Assembly (NCBI GenBank): GCA_905234745.1
Contig: CAJOJD010000003.1
Coordinates: forward strand, 4,434 to 68,433
Source of the DNA: an uncultured Bacteroidaceae bacterium
GTDB taxonomy: Bacteria > Bacteroidota > Bacteroidia > Bacteroidales > Bacteroidaceae
DNA length: 64,000 nucleotides
Reading direction: 5' to 3'
Positions 40,107 to 49,099 of this stretch are shown here, piece after piece (within the stretch, counting starts at the first letter, position 1; every line of letters begins with the position of its first letter). The notes below the pieces were generated by a model. The model was not told where the DNA came from. It was given only the letters and a program-made list of their open reading frames with translations, and did no database searches. The position numbers were made by a program, and so were the translations under genes.

Positions 40107-41372
40107 TCAGTCATTCTGCTCTTCAGGCTCGGGCAGCTCCGTCTCAGAGCTCTCCGTGTCTGCATCCTGCAGTTGCGGGATTGGATTCTTGGAACTTTGC
40201 TTAGCCCCCAGTTTCTGCAGTTTGGCACAGGTCTGGATTATGCTCTGGCCACTGGGTTCCAGTTTCTTTCCGGCTGCCTCATATGCCTTGCCTGCACTGT
40301 CAAGAGCCTTGCCTATAGCCTTGTAGCGGTCCATAAACTGGCCCACACGGTCCATCATCTCATTGGCAAGTTCATATACCATCTCATGATTCTGGGCCTG
40401 GGCTATCTGGGTCCAGGTAAGATTGATGATACGCAAGGCGGCAAACAGCGTCTGCTCGTCGGCAATGTATACGTTTTTCTCCATTGCTTTGCGCCACAGA
40501 TCAGGCTGAGCCTTCATGGCGGTCCAGAGGGCTCCGGTGTTGGGCACGAACATGATGACGTAATCCATCTTGACCTTGGGAGGCTTAACATATGATGAGT
40601 AATCCTTTTTGACCAAATCTTTCACATGCTTCTGAATACTCTCCACATGCGCCTTGAGGTATTTCTGACGGTCGGCCTCGTTGTCGGCGTTCACATAATC
40701 CATAAATGCGGTCAGGGATACCTTTGAGTCAATTATGACATCGCGTTTCTGGTCCAGATGCAGGATTACGTCGGGACGCATGCGGCGGTCATTCTCGTTG
40801 TGTACCACATCACCCTCGGCATCGCGGATGGTTGACTGAATCTCATAATGCACGCCTTTGGTAAGACCCTGTGATTCCAACAGTTCATCCAGGATTATCT
40901 CACCCCACTCGCCCTGCACGCGGCCTGCATGACGGAATACGCGGGTAAGTTCATCAGCACTCTCCTTGGCGGCTGCGCTCTGGCGCATCATGTTCTCGGC
41001 CTGGGTCTTTATCTCACTGCTTATGGAGGTCTGCTTTATGGTATTCTCCTTCATGGCCTCCTTCATCTTGTCAATTGTCTCCTTGAGGGGGGTTACGATC
41101 TGTCCAAGACTGGTGTTGCTTGAGGCTGCGAACTCCTCCTGGCGGCGTTTGAGCATATCCTCGGTGGCCGATTTCATCTGAGCCGTAACCTTGGCTATAG
41201 TCTCGTCAAACTTGGCCTGCTGGGCGGCCAGCATGTCATCATATGCTTTCTGACGGGAATCAAGCAATTCCTGTGTATGTACCTGATAATCTTTCCCGGC
41301 AGTTCTTTTACCATACAGATAACCGGCAAGAAGTCCAATGACTATGCAAAGAAGAGATAATATATATACCAT
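40107..41372 (-). CDS. rmuC: DNA recombination protein RmuC
   Basis: It has an N-terminal TM segment, a long coiled coil and a nuclease-like core (MRPDVILHLDQKRDVIIDSKVSL). The start is set at 41372 (MVYILSLL...) because a -7 box lies inside the longer track ORF. Confidence 0.8.
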   Translation of the reverse strand: MVYILSLLCIVIGLLAGYLYGKRTAGKDYQVHTQELLDSRQKAYDDMLAAQQAKFDETIAKVTAQMKSATEDMLKRRQEEFAASSNTSLGQIVTPLKETIDKMKEAMKENTIKQTSISSEIKTQAENMMRQSAAAKESADELTRVFRHAGRVQGEWGEIILDELLESQGLTKGVHYEIQSTIRDAEGDVVHNENDRRMRPDVILHLDQKRDVIIDSKVSLTAFMDYVNADNEADRQKYLKAHVESIQKHVKDLVKKDYSSYVKPPKVKMDYVIMFVPNTGALWTAMKAQPDLWRKAMEKNVYIADEQTLFAALRIINLTWTQIAQAQNHEMVYELANEMMDRVGQFMDRYKAIGKALDSAGKAYEAAGKKLEPSGQSIIQTCAKLQKLGAKQSSKNPIPQLQDADTESSETELPEPEEQND

Positions 41373-41393
41373 ATCTTTAGTGTTAACATAACG

Positions 41394-41401
41394 CAAAAAT
41401 A
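41394..41401 (-). promoter_or_regulatory. Candidate -7 box (TATTTTTG on minus strand) for rmuC
   Basis: Plus-strand CAAAAATA lies 21 nt upstream of the ATG at 41372. Confidence 0.35.
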
Positions 41402-41414
41402 GCAATTTTATCCA

Positions 41415-41422
41415 TATATTTG
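41415..41422 (+). promoter_or_regulatory. Candidate -7 box TATATTTG for the 41.4-49.7 kb operon
   Basis: It ends 6 nt before the ATG at 41429 and is divergent from the rmuC promoter. Confidence 0.4.
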
Positions 41423-41428
41423 CAAGAT

Positions 41429-42394
41429 ATGATTCACTCAGCCTTATTCAGTATTAAAAAGGGCGCAGCGCTGGCACTTACAGCTTGTCTGTTATCTGTG
41501 GCACTGAATGCACAGGAAAAGATAATCTTCACTCCGCAATGGACGACTCAGGCTCAGTTTGCCGGTTATTATGTGGCACAGGAGATGGGCTTCTACTATA
41601 AAGCCGGAATAGATGTCGAAATCGTACATCCGTCCGTAACGCAATCGGCCATCAGCCGAATCCGCGATAACGAAAGTCAGGCCACCACGCTTCAGCTTGC
41701 GCAGGCCATGGAGATAATCGATGACGGCATACCACTTGTCAACATACTTCAGACATCCATGAACAATGCCATGGTAATAGTCTCACGCCGGGGAATGAAC
41801 CCGCTGAAGCAGGTTGGCGAAAAAGTGGGAATCTGGAATGCCGGATTCGGACAGATTGCCATAGGAATGAGTCTCAAGGAGAATCTTGACTACCGTTGGA
41901 CTCCTTTTGCCAACAACGTGAACCTGTTCATTTCGGGAGCCATAGATGCAACCCTTGCCATGAGTTACAACGAATACTACCAACTGGTTCAGACAGGCTT
42001 TGAACTCAATGAAGAATGTGTATACAGGTTCCGGGATCACGGATACAACATCCAGGAGGATGGCGTTTACATGACAAAGGAGTATTATGAAAGCCATAAG
42101 GATCAGGCACGGAAATTCGCAGAGGCCAGCCGTCAGGGCTGGGAATGGGCTATCCAGAACCCGGAAGAGACTCTTGAGATAGTGATGAGATACGTCCAGA
42201 AGGATCACATTGCCACTAACAGGGTGCTCCAGAAACTTATGCTTGATGAAGTCCTGAGTCTTCTCAAGGACAGAGAATCAGGACAGTATGAGTTCCGTCT
42301 GCGCCCCGATATGGTTGAACAGGCCAGCAACCTGATGCTTGAAATCGGAATGATTGAACGCCAGATCACTTACAATGAACTTCTTGATGAGTAA
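41429..42394 (+). CDS. Orphan periplasmic substrate-binding protein, NMT1/THI5 (SsuA/TauA-like) type
   Basis: A signal peptide is followed by KIIFTPQWTTQAQFAGYYVAQEMGFYYKAGIDVEIV, typical of NMT1-like binding proteins. No ABC permease or ATPase gene is nearby. Confidence 0.65.
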   Translation: MIHSALFSIKKGAALALTACLLSVALNAQEKIIFTPQWTTQAQFAGYYVAQEMGFYYKAGIDVEIVHPSVTQSAISRIRDNESQATTLQLAQAMEIIDDGIPLVNILQTSMNNAMVIVSRRGMNPLKQVGEKVGIWNAGFGQIAIGMSLKENLDYRWTPFANNVNLFISGAIDATLAMSYNEYYQLVQTGFELNEECVYRFRDHGYNIQEDGVYMTKEYYESHKDQARKFAEASRQGWEWAIQNPEETLEIVMRYVQKDHIATNRVLQKLMLDEVLSLLKDRESGQYEFRLRPDMVEQASNLMLEIGMIERQITYNELLDE

Positions 42395-42406
42395 AACGGT
42401 GCCGGT

Positions 42407-44767
42407 ATGAAAAAGAAAAAGAAAAGATCACTTTCTACAAAACTGAGTCTTTGGACAGTGCTGTTCGCCGGACTCATTTTCATAGCTGCAATGGGCGTCT
42501 TCTTTAACGAGTCCCGCATGGCCGTTCAGAGAATCGCCATCAGAAACGCCATGCTCATCCTTGACAATACGATACAGCATGTAGACAACATATTGACCAA
42601 GGTCAAGGTTGCCACCGACAACACAGACTGGCTCATTACCAGGCGTCTGGATGCGCCGGATTCCATGTTTGTCTACTCCCGCCGTATCCTGGAGAACAAT
42701 CCCGACCTTAACGGTTGCTCCATATCATTCGAGCCGTTCTATTTCAAGGAGAAAGGTCAGTATTTCTCGGCTTATTCCCTGAACACCGGCGATGGGATTG
42801 AGACCACTCAGGAGGGCAATGTCCATTACCAGTATTTCTCAATGGACTGGTATCAGTTGCCTAAACTGTTGGATCGGCCCTGTTGGACCGAGCCTTATGT
42901 GGATTTCAACCCGGAAAACATCACATCGCCCGAGATGATCATTTCCTACTGCAAACCCATCAAGGACCATCAGAACAACTTCATAGGTGCCATATCCGTT
43001 GACCTGTCCATTGAATGGCTCTCACAGACCATATCGGCTGTAAAGCCCTACCCTAACTCCTATACCATAATGATAGGAAAAGGCGGAACGTTCTTTGTAC
43101 ATCCCGATACCACAAAACTGTTCTACCAGACCATCTTCACCCAGACCCTGCTTGAGCCGGATACTGCAATAACTAATCTGGGACATGCCATGCAGGCCGG
43201 TGAGGAGGGCTATCGCAAGTTGGATCTCTACGGTGAGGAGTGTTATGTCCTTTACAAGCCCCTTGGTGACACAGGATGGAGTGTAGGTCTGGTATGTCCT
43301 ACAAGGGATATATTCAGCGGATACTATCACCTGGCTAACACCATAGCCGGAATAGTTATAGTAGGCCTGATGCTTATGCTGATGATATTCAGCGGTGTCA
43401 TATCCAAGCAGTTGGAACCGCTTGAGGAACTTGCATATCAGGCCGAAGCCATAGCATCCGGGCGTCTGGACGAGGAACTGTCCGATCTTCACCGGAATGA
43501 TGAGATAGGACAACTGAGTCTGTCTTTCCATCACATGCAGCAGTCACTCGTCCAACAGATTGAGGAACTAAAGATTGCAAATGAGCAGAAAGGACGCATT
43601 GAGGGTGAACTCAAGATTGCGCGCGACATTCAGATGGCTATGCTGCCCAAGATATTCCCGCCCTTCCCCGAACGCGATGACATAGACGTATTCGGCCAGT
43701 TGACCCCGGCCAAAGAGGTAGGTGGTGATCTTTTTGATTTCTACATCCGTGACGAGAAACTGTTCTTCTGCATAGGTGACGTATCTGGCAAAGGTATTCC
43801 CGCATCACTCTATATGGTTGTCACCAAAGCATTGTTCCGCACCATATCCATACACGAATCCTCACCGGAACGTATCGTTTACACCCTTAACGAGGTGATG
43901 TCAAGGGACAACGATTCCAATATGTTCGTGACCTTCTTTATGGGCGTGCTTGACTTGCCTACGGGGCGTCTGCACTACTGCAATGCCGGACACGACGCGC
44001 CTCTGCTGGTGGGTCACACCGGAGCGGGATTGCTGCCTGTCGATTCAAATCTGCCTATAGGCGTAATGGGCGGATGGAAGTTCACCAAGCAGGAAACGCT
44101 GGTGGATCCTGAGACTACGGTTTTCATGTACACCGACGGACTTAACGAAGCCGAGAATATCGGCCATCAGCAGTTTGAAATGACACGGGTAATGGAAACG
44201 GCACGCAGACTGCAGCAAGACGACAATTTCAAGCCTATGGTAATAGTGGATGAGATGATGGGAGCGGTCCGCGCGTTTGTAGGTGAAGCCGACCAGAGCG
44301 ATGACCTGACCATGCTGGCCATCCAATACACAAAGCACCAGGAGGATATAACATACCAGCGCTCGCTTACCCTCACCAATGACATAAAGCGCGTCCCCAG
44401 ACTCAACGCTTTCATAGATGAGGTTTGTGAGGCCAACGGATTCGACATGGCAACCATTATGCAGATCAACCTGGCTATTGAGGAGGCCGTGGTCAACATA
44501 ATGAACTACGCATACCCTAAAGGAACCAAAGGTGACATAACGATTGAGGCAAAAGCCAACGACACCCAATTGTCATTCATAATAAGTGACACCGGCAAGC
44601 CGTTCGACCCCACAGCCAAAGCCGAGGTGGATATCACTCTGAGCGCCGAGGACCGCGCCATAGGAGGTCTTGGCATACACCTGATACGCCAGATTATGGA
44701 CAACATAAACTACGAGCGCATTGACGGTCATAACATTCTAACCCTTATAAAGAAACTGAGCAAATGA
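42407..44767 (+). CDS. Membrane sensor: Cache-like extracytoplasmic domain, HAMP, PP2C/SpoIIE (RsbU-like) phosphatase, fused RsbW/SpoIIAB-like HATPase kinase domain
   Basis: 786 aa with two TM segments flanking ~270 aa. A HAMP-like linker is followed by SpoIIE motifs (GGDLFDF, IGDVSGKGIPASLYM, YTDGLNEA, QSDDLTMLAI). The C-terminal ~135 aa carry an N-box (EEAVVNIMNYAY), DTGKPFD and GGLGIHLIRQIMD. Confidence 0.75.
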   Translation: MKKKKKRSLSTKLSLWTVLFAGLIFIAAMGVFFNESRMAVQRIAIRNAMLILDNTIQHVDNILTKVKVATDNTDWLITRRLDAPDSMFVYSRRILENNPDLNGCSISFEPFYFKEKGQYFSAYSLNTGDGIETTQEGNVHYQYFSMDWYQLPKLLDRPCWTEPYVDFNPENITSPEMIISYCKPIKDHQNNFIGAISVDLSIEWLSQTISAVKPYPNSYTIMIGKGGTFFVHPDTTKLFYQTIFTQTLLEPDTAITNLGHAMQAGEEGYRKLDLYGEECYVLYKPLGDTGWSVGLVCPTRDIFSGYYHLANTIAGIVIVGLMLMLMIFSGVISKQLEPLEELAYQAEAIASGRLDEELSDLHRNDEIGQLSLSFHHMQQSLVQQIEELKIANEQKGRIEGELKIARDIQMAMLPKIFPPFPERDDIDVFGQLTPAKEVGGDLFDFYIRDEKLFFCIGDVSGKGIPASLYMVVTKALFRTISIHESSPERIVYTLNEVMSRDNDSNMFVTFFMGVLDLPTGRLHYCNAGHDAPLLVGHTGAGLLPVDSNLPIGVMGGWKFTKQETLVDPETTVFMYTDGLNEAENIGHQQFEMTRVMETARRLQQDDNFKPMVIVDEMMGAVRAFVGEADQSDDLTMLAIQYTKHQEDITYQRSLTLTNDIKRVPRLNAFIDEVCEANGFDMATIMQINLAIEEAVVNIMNYAYPKGTKGDITIEAKANDTQLSFIISDTGKPFDPTAKAEVDITLSAEDRAIGGLGIHLIRQIMDNINYERIDGHNILTLIKKLSK

Positions 44768-46263
44768 TACCGTTGTCAATCTTCAATATTGATATTTCAT
44801 CGGGCAACCTTATTCTGCTCGTCTCTTTCCTCATGTTCTTGGCCATACTCATGGCAAAAGTGGGTACCAAGTTCGGCGTCCCCACCATGCTGCTGTTCCT
44901 TATCCTGGGAATGCTGGCCGGCGAGGACGGTCTGGGAATAAGGATTGATGAGCTGCGTGTGGGTGAGTTCCTGGGACATCTGGCCATGACCATCATCCTG
45001 CTTACCGGCGGCCTTGAGACTTCTATGGCCGAGACAAAGCCTATAATAAAGAAAGGTATCTCTGTATCCACGTTGGGAGTATTCATAACCATTCTTGTAA
45101 CAGGACTGTTCATCTACTACGCTTTCGGGACAAGGATAGGCGGTGCAGGCGCTTCCATTATGGGATGTTTGCTGTTGGCCGCCGTCATGTCATCGACCGA
45201 TTCGGCATCGGTATTCTCTATATTGAGGACCAAGAGGCTTACGCTGCGTGAGAATCTGGGACCGCTTCTGGAACTTGAATCGGGAAGTAACGACCCCATG
45301 GCATATGTGCTTACCATACTTCTGGTCAGCATACTGGAATCAGTACACGGCTCAACTGGAGAAATCCACACCTGGAGCATCATTCTGTCCGGTGTATGGA
45401 TCCTTATCAAACAGATTATTATAGGTTTTGTCGTAGCATTGGCTTTGGGATACGGAGCTCGCTGGCTGATTACCAGGATTCACCTGCAGTCCAGTCCACT
45501 CTATGCAATCCTTATACTCAGCATCGCATTGTTTGCCAACGGTGCGGCTTCATTCATAGGCGGCAACGGACTTCTTGCCCTTTATGTCTGCGCCATAATA
45601 ATAGGCAACACCAAGGAGATGCCGGCAAGAAAAGAGGTACTTATCTTCTTCGAGGTAATAACCTGGCTCTCGCAGCTCATGATGTTCCTGTTGTTGGGAC
45701 TGCTGGCCAAGCCGTCACAGATGCATACCGTTCTGGTTCCAGCCATCCTGATAGGACTGTTCCTGATGCTGGTGGCACGTCCGGCAGGTATCATGCTCAG
45801 CCTGCTGCCATTCAGAGGACTCTCTTTCAGGGCCAAGTTGCTCACATCATGGGTAGGACTCAAGGGTGCCGGTCCGATACTCTTTGCCCTTTACACCGTG
45901 ATTGAAGGCGTTGACGGATCAAGTGAGATATTCAACATAGTATTCACCATAACCCTCATGTCACTGCTTTTGCAGGGTATGACCATCTCTCCCATGGCCA
46001 AGCTGCTGAACATGAGTATTGACGATGACCCCGAGGTCGAGACATTCGGCATGGAGGTACCCGAGGAGATGGGAATGCTCCGTGACCATATCGTATCACA
46101 AGAGGATCTGGAGAGCGGCGAGACACTGCGCGACCTGCATCTGCCCCACGGCATTCGCGTGATGATGGTTCGTCGCGGCGACAAATATCTTGTCCCTCAT
46201 GGAAGCATGAAACTTACGGTCGGGGACAAGCTGGTGATTATTATGGGCGACACCGATGATTAA
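44764..46263 (+). CDS. K+/H+ (CPA1, NhaP2-like) antiporter with C-terminal TrkA-C/RCK_C domain
   Basis: 499 aa with about 12 TM segments and the SGSNDP motif. The C-terminal soluble domain reads LRDLHLPHGIRVMMVRRGDKYLVPHGSMKLTVGDKLVIIMG. Its ATGA start overlaps the upstream stop. Confidence 0.75.
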   Translation: MIPLSIFNIDISSGNLILLVSFLMFLAILMAKVGTKFGVPTMLLFLILGMLAGEDGLGIRIDELRVGEFLGHLAMTIILLTGGLETSMAETKPIIKKGISVSTLGVFITILVTGLFIYYAFGTRIGGAGASIMGCLLLAAVMSSTDSASVFSILRTKRLTLRENLGPLLELESGSNDPMAYVLTILLVSILESVHGSTGEIHTWSIILSGVWILIKQIIIGFVVALALGYGARWLITRIHLQSSPLYAILILSIALFANGAASFIGGNGLLALYVCAIIIGNTKEMPARKEVLIFFEVITWLSQLMMFLLLGLLAKPSQMHTVLVPAILIGLFLMLVARPAGIMLSLLPFRGLSFRAKLLTSWVGLKGAGPILFALYTVIEGVDGSSEIFNIVFTITLMSLLLQGMTISPMAKLLNMSIDDDPEVETFGMEVPEEMGMLRDHIVSQEDLESGETLRDLHLPHGIRVMMVRRGDKYLVPHGSMKLTVGDKLVIIMGDTDD

Positions 46264-46287
46264 TGAATCAAACAAGAATAAACTATT

Positions 46288-46593
46288 ATGGAAGTAAAAA
46301 TCAACAACCAAGACGGAATTACGACCGCACAGCTTATCGGTCGTCTGGACACACCCGCATCACAGGAGATAAGCGGTGATTTTGATAACCTGACACAGTA
46401 TGCCGCAGGAACCGTAATCCTGGATTGCACCGAGCTTGAGTACATATCAAGTTCCGGACTGCGTCTGTTCCTTTCACTGCGCAAGGCTGCTGCTTCAAAG
46501 GGAGGCAAGATCATCGTTAAGGCCATCAACAAAGACATCCGTTCAGTCTTTATGATGACCGGTTTCCTCAATCTGTTTGAGATTCAGGACTAA
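46288..46593 (+). CDS. STAS-domain anti-sigma-factor-antagonist-like protein (RsbV/SpoIIAA family)
   Basis: 101 aa. DCTELEYISSSGLRLFL contains the conserved phosphorylatable Ser context. Confidence 0.8.
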   Translation: MEVKINNQDGITTAQLIGRLDTPASQEISGDFDNLTQYAAGTVILDCTELEYISSSGLRLFLSLRKAAASKGGKIIVKAINKDIRSVFMMTGFLNLFEIQD

Positions 46594-46604
46594 AAAAACG
46601 AGCC

Positions 46605-47669
46605 ATGAAGAAGGCTAGGCAACTGGACCCTCACTGTGAGGCCATCCTTCAGGAATATCAGGATAACCTGCCCCGCTTCAGGGAAGTAGAGCAGGAGGTT
46701 AAGGAAAAGCTCAGACAGACATTGGCCGATGCCGGTCTGCTTGTGGCTTCTATTGAATCACGTGTCAAGGCATATGATTCGCTTGCCGGTAAGCTGGAGT
46801 TGAAAGGTCACAAGTACAACAGTCTGGCTGACCTGACCGACATTCTGGGACTCAGAGTCATTACCTTCTACATAGACGATGTCGATAAGGTGGCATCGGC
46901 CGTTGAGAGACTCTTTGAGATTGACTGGGAGAATACCGTCGACAAGCGCAAGATCCACGAGATAGATAGTTTCGGTTATCTGTCACTGCACTACATCTGT
47001 TCAGTGCCGGGTTTCCCCTACCGTTTTGAGATACAGATGCGCACCCTATTGCAGCACGCATGGGCAAACATGGACCATGACACCGGTTACAAATCGGGTG
47101 TGGAGATACCCAAACGCTATATGCGCAATATGAGCCGTCTGGCCGGTATGCTGGAACTGGTGGATGACGAGTTCAGCAAGATACGCATAGAGCTGACCGA
47201 TTACCGTCGCCGTGTCCAGTCACTGGTTCGCTCAGGCAACCTGGATGAGGTGCCCATTGACGGAGACACTTTCCGCAGTTATCTGGAGCTGGATCCGTTC
47301 GGCCAACTCAACAAGCGCATAGCCGCCATGAACCAGGCCGAGATACAGGAAGTACCGCTCATGCCCTATCTGGCTGTATTCAAAGGTATCGGACTCAAGA
47401 CGTTGGGCGACATATCGAATGTCATCAAGGAGTATTCGGAGGGAGCCTATCAGATAGCATGCTATCAGATAGGACTGACCGATCTGGATATCATCTCATC
47501 GTCCATCGGCCCTCAGGACCTGTGCATTGCGTTCATACTCAAGAACGGAGGCGGCAAAGCCGGCATCAAGTATATGTTTGACCTTCTGAACGGAGAGTCC
47601 GAGAGTAATGATATGATTGCCGAGATGCTGTTGGAACAGTCCAAGGACCTGCCTTTCATGAACAAATAA
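46605..47669 (+). CDS. RelA/SpoT-domain nucleotide pyrophosphokinase (small alarmone synthetase-like) with uncharacterised C-terminal domain
   Basis: 354 aa. Synthetase motifs are intact: SRVKAYDSLAGKL, DILGLRVITFYIDD, GYLSLHY and EIQMRTLLQHAWANMDHDTGYK. The ~150-aa C-terminus has no motif I recognise. Confidence 0.75.
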   Translation: MKKARQLDPHCEAILQEYQDNLPRFREVEQEVKEKLRQTLADAGLLVASIESRVKAYDSLAGKLELKGHKYNSLADLTDILGLRVITFYIDDVDKVASAVERLFEIDWENTVDKRKIHEIDSFGYLSLHYICSVPGFPYRFEIQMRTLLQHAWANMDHDTGYKSGVEIPKRYMRNMSRLAGMLELVDDEFSKIRIELTDYRRRVQSLVRSGNLDEVPIDGDTFRSYLELDPFGQLNKRIAAMNQAEIQEVPLMPYLAVFKGIGLKTLGDISNVIKEYSEGAYQIACYQIGLTDLDIISSSIGPQDLCIAFILKNGGGKAGIKYMFDLLNGESESNDMIAEMLLEQSKDLPFMNK

Positions 47670-47679
47670 ACCTTTTATA

Positions 47680-48246
47680 ATGGCAAACAAACCGCTTGAC
47701 ACCACCCTACTTGACCGCGCCATAATGTTTGCGGTCAAGGCCCACGCCGGCACCGAACGCAGGGGCAAAGGTTTTCCTTATATTGTACACCCCATGGAGG
47801 CGGTCGAGATTGTAGCGACCATAACACCCGACCAGGAACTTCTGGCTGCCGCCGCACTGCATGACACCGTCGAGGATACCGACGTCACCATTGACGATAT
47901 CCGCCGGGAATTCGGTGATCGCATAGCATCACTCGTGCAGATTGAGAGCGTAGGTGATGATGAGGGCACATGGCACGAACGCAAGAAAAAGGCCATAGAC
48001 CTAATCGCAGGTGCCCCACGTGATGCCAAGATTGTAGCCATGGGCGACAAACTGTCCAATATGCGTGCCATTGCACGTGACTATGCCGTACAGGGCGATG
48101 CTCTTTGGAAGCTGTTCCATGCCAATAATCCCAAGGACCACGAATGGCATTACCGCGGACTGGCCGATGCCCTGCGCGACCTCCAGGACACATTCGCGTT
48201 CCAGGAATTCGAGATGCTCATCAATCAGGTTTTCGGCAAGAAATAA
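47680..48246 (+). CDS. HD-domain small alarmone hydrolase (SpoT/Mesh1-like)
   Basis: 188 aa with HAGTERRGKGFPYIVHPMEV..., AALHDTVEDT and GDKLSNMR. These match the RSH hydrolase-domain pattern. Confidence 0.75.
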   Translation: MANKPLDTTLLDRAIMFAVKAHAGTERRGKGFPYIVHPMEAVEIVATITPDQELLAAAALHDTVEDTDVTIDDIRREFGDRIASLVQIESVGDDEGTWHERKKKAIDLIAGAPRDAKIVAMGDKLSNMRAIARDYAVQGDALWKLFHANNPKDHEWHYRGLADALRDLQDTFAFQEFEMLINQVFGKK

Positions 48247-49076
48247 TGGATGCCATAAAGATTTCACTCGACGACTACATACTGTTTGGCGGCGGTGCCA
48301 ACGGTGAGAGTTATGACCATAAGACCGATCCGGACCTTATGCTCAAACTCTATATGCCCGGCAAGACACAACAGCCTCTTGACGAGATGCTGATGGCCCG
48401 CAAGGTCTATGACTTGGGCATCCCCACCCCTGAGCCGGGTGATTATGTGGTGACTGAAGACGGCCGTTACGGCATCCGTTTCCGCCGCATCAAAGGAAAG
48501 AAATCTTATTCACGCGCCACAGGCGATAATCCGGAACTCGTAGGCCAATACGCCCATGAGTTTGCCCAGATGTGTCTTAAGCTCCACTCAGTCCATGTGG
48601 ATACCACTCAGTTTGAGAGCGTAAAAGAGCGTTATTTCCGCCTGCTCACGGAGAACCCGTTCTTCAGCACCGCCCAGAAAGACCGCATCGGCAAGTTTAT
48701 AGCCGATGCCCCCGATACCGATACCGCCATTCACGGTGACCTGCAGTACAGCAATGCCATCTTTGCGGGATCGGAACGTTATTTCATAGACCTGGGAGAT
48801 TTCTGCTACGGATACAACATGTTTGATCTGGGAATGGTATATCTGTGCTGCTGTCTCAGCGAGGAAAGTTTCATCAGGGAGACTTTCCATATGCCCAAAT
48901 CCCTGGCCATACAGTTCTGGCAGAATTTTGCGCCCGCCTACTTCGGATCAGACCGTCCGTTGAAGGACATAGAAGAAGAGATTCGCCCATACGCCGGACT
49001 CAAGACTCTAATAGTGGAACGGGACACAAAACGACCTATGCCGGAGTTACGGGCAGGAATGGATTTTTTGTTATAG
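48246..49076 (+). CDS. APH/choline-kinase-family phosphotransferase
   Basis: 276 aa from the ATG at 48246, overlapping the upstream stop by 1 nt (TAATG). It has the Brenner-type motif IHGDLQYSN and FIDLGDF. Confidence 0.65.
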   Translation: MDAIKISLDDYILFGGGANGESYDHKTDPDLMLKLYMPGKTQQPLDEMLMARKVYDLGIPTPEPGDYVVTEDGRYGIRFRRIKGKKSYSRATGDNPELVGQYAHEFAQMCLKLHSVHVDTTQFESVKERYFRLLTENPFFSTAQKDRIGKFIADAPDTDTAIHGDLQYSNAIFAGSERYFIDLGDFCYGYNMFDLGMVYLCCCLSEESFIRETFHMPKSLAIQFWQNFAPAYFGSDRPLKDIEEEIRPYAGLKTLIVERDTKRPMPELRAGMDFLL

Positions 49077-49099
49077 GACTATTAAAAACATAAAACACA

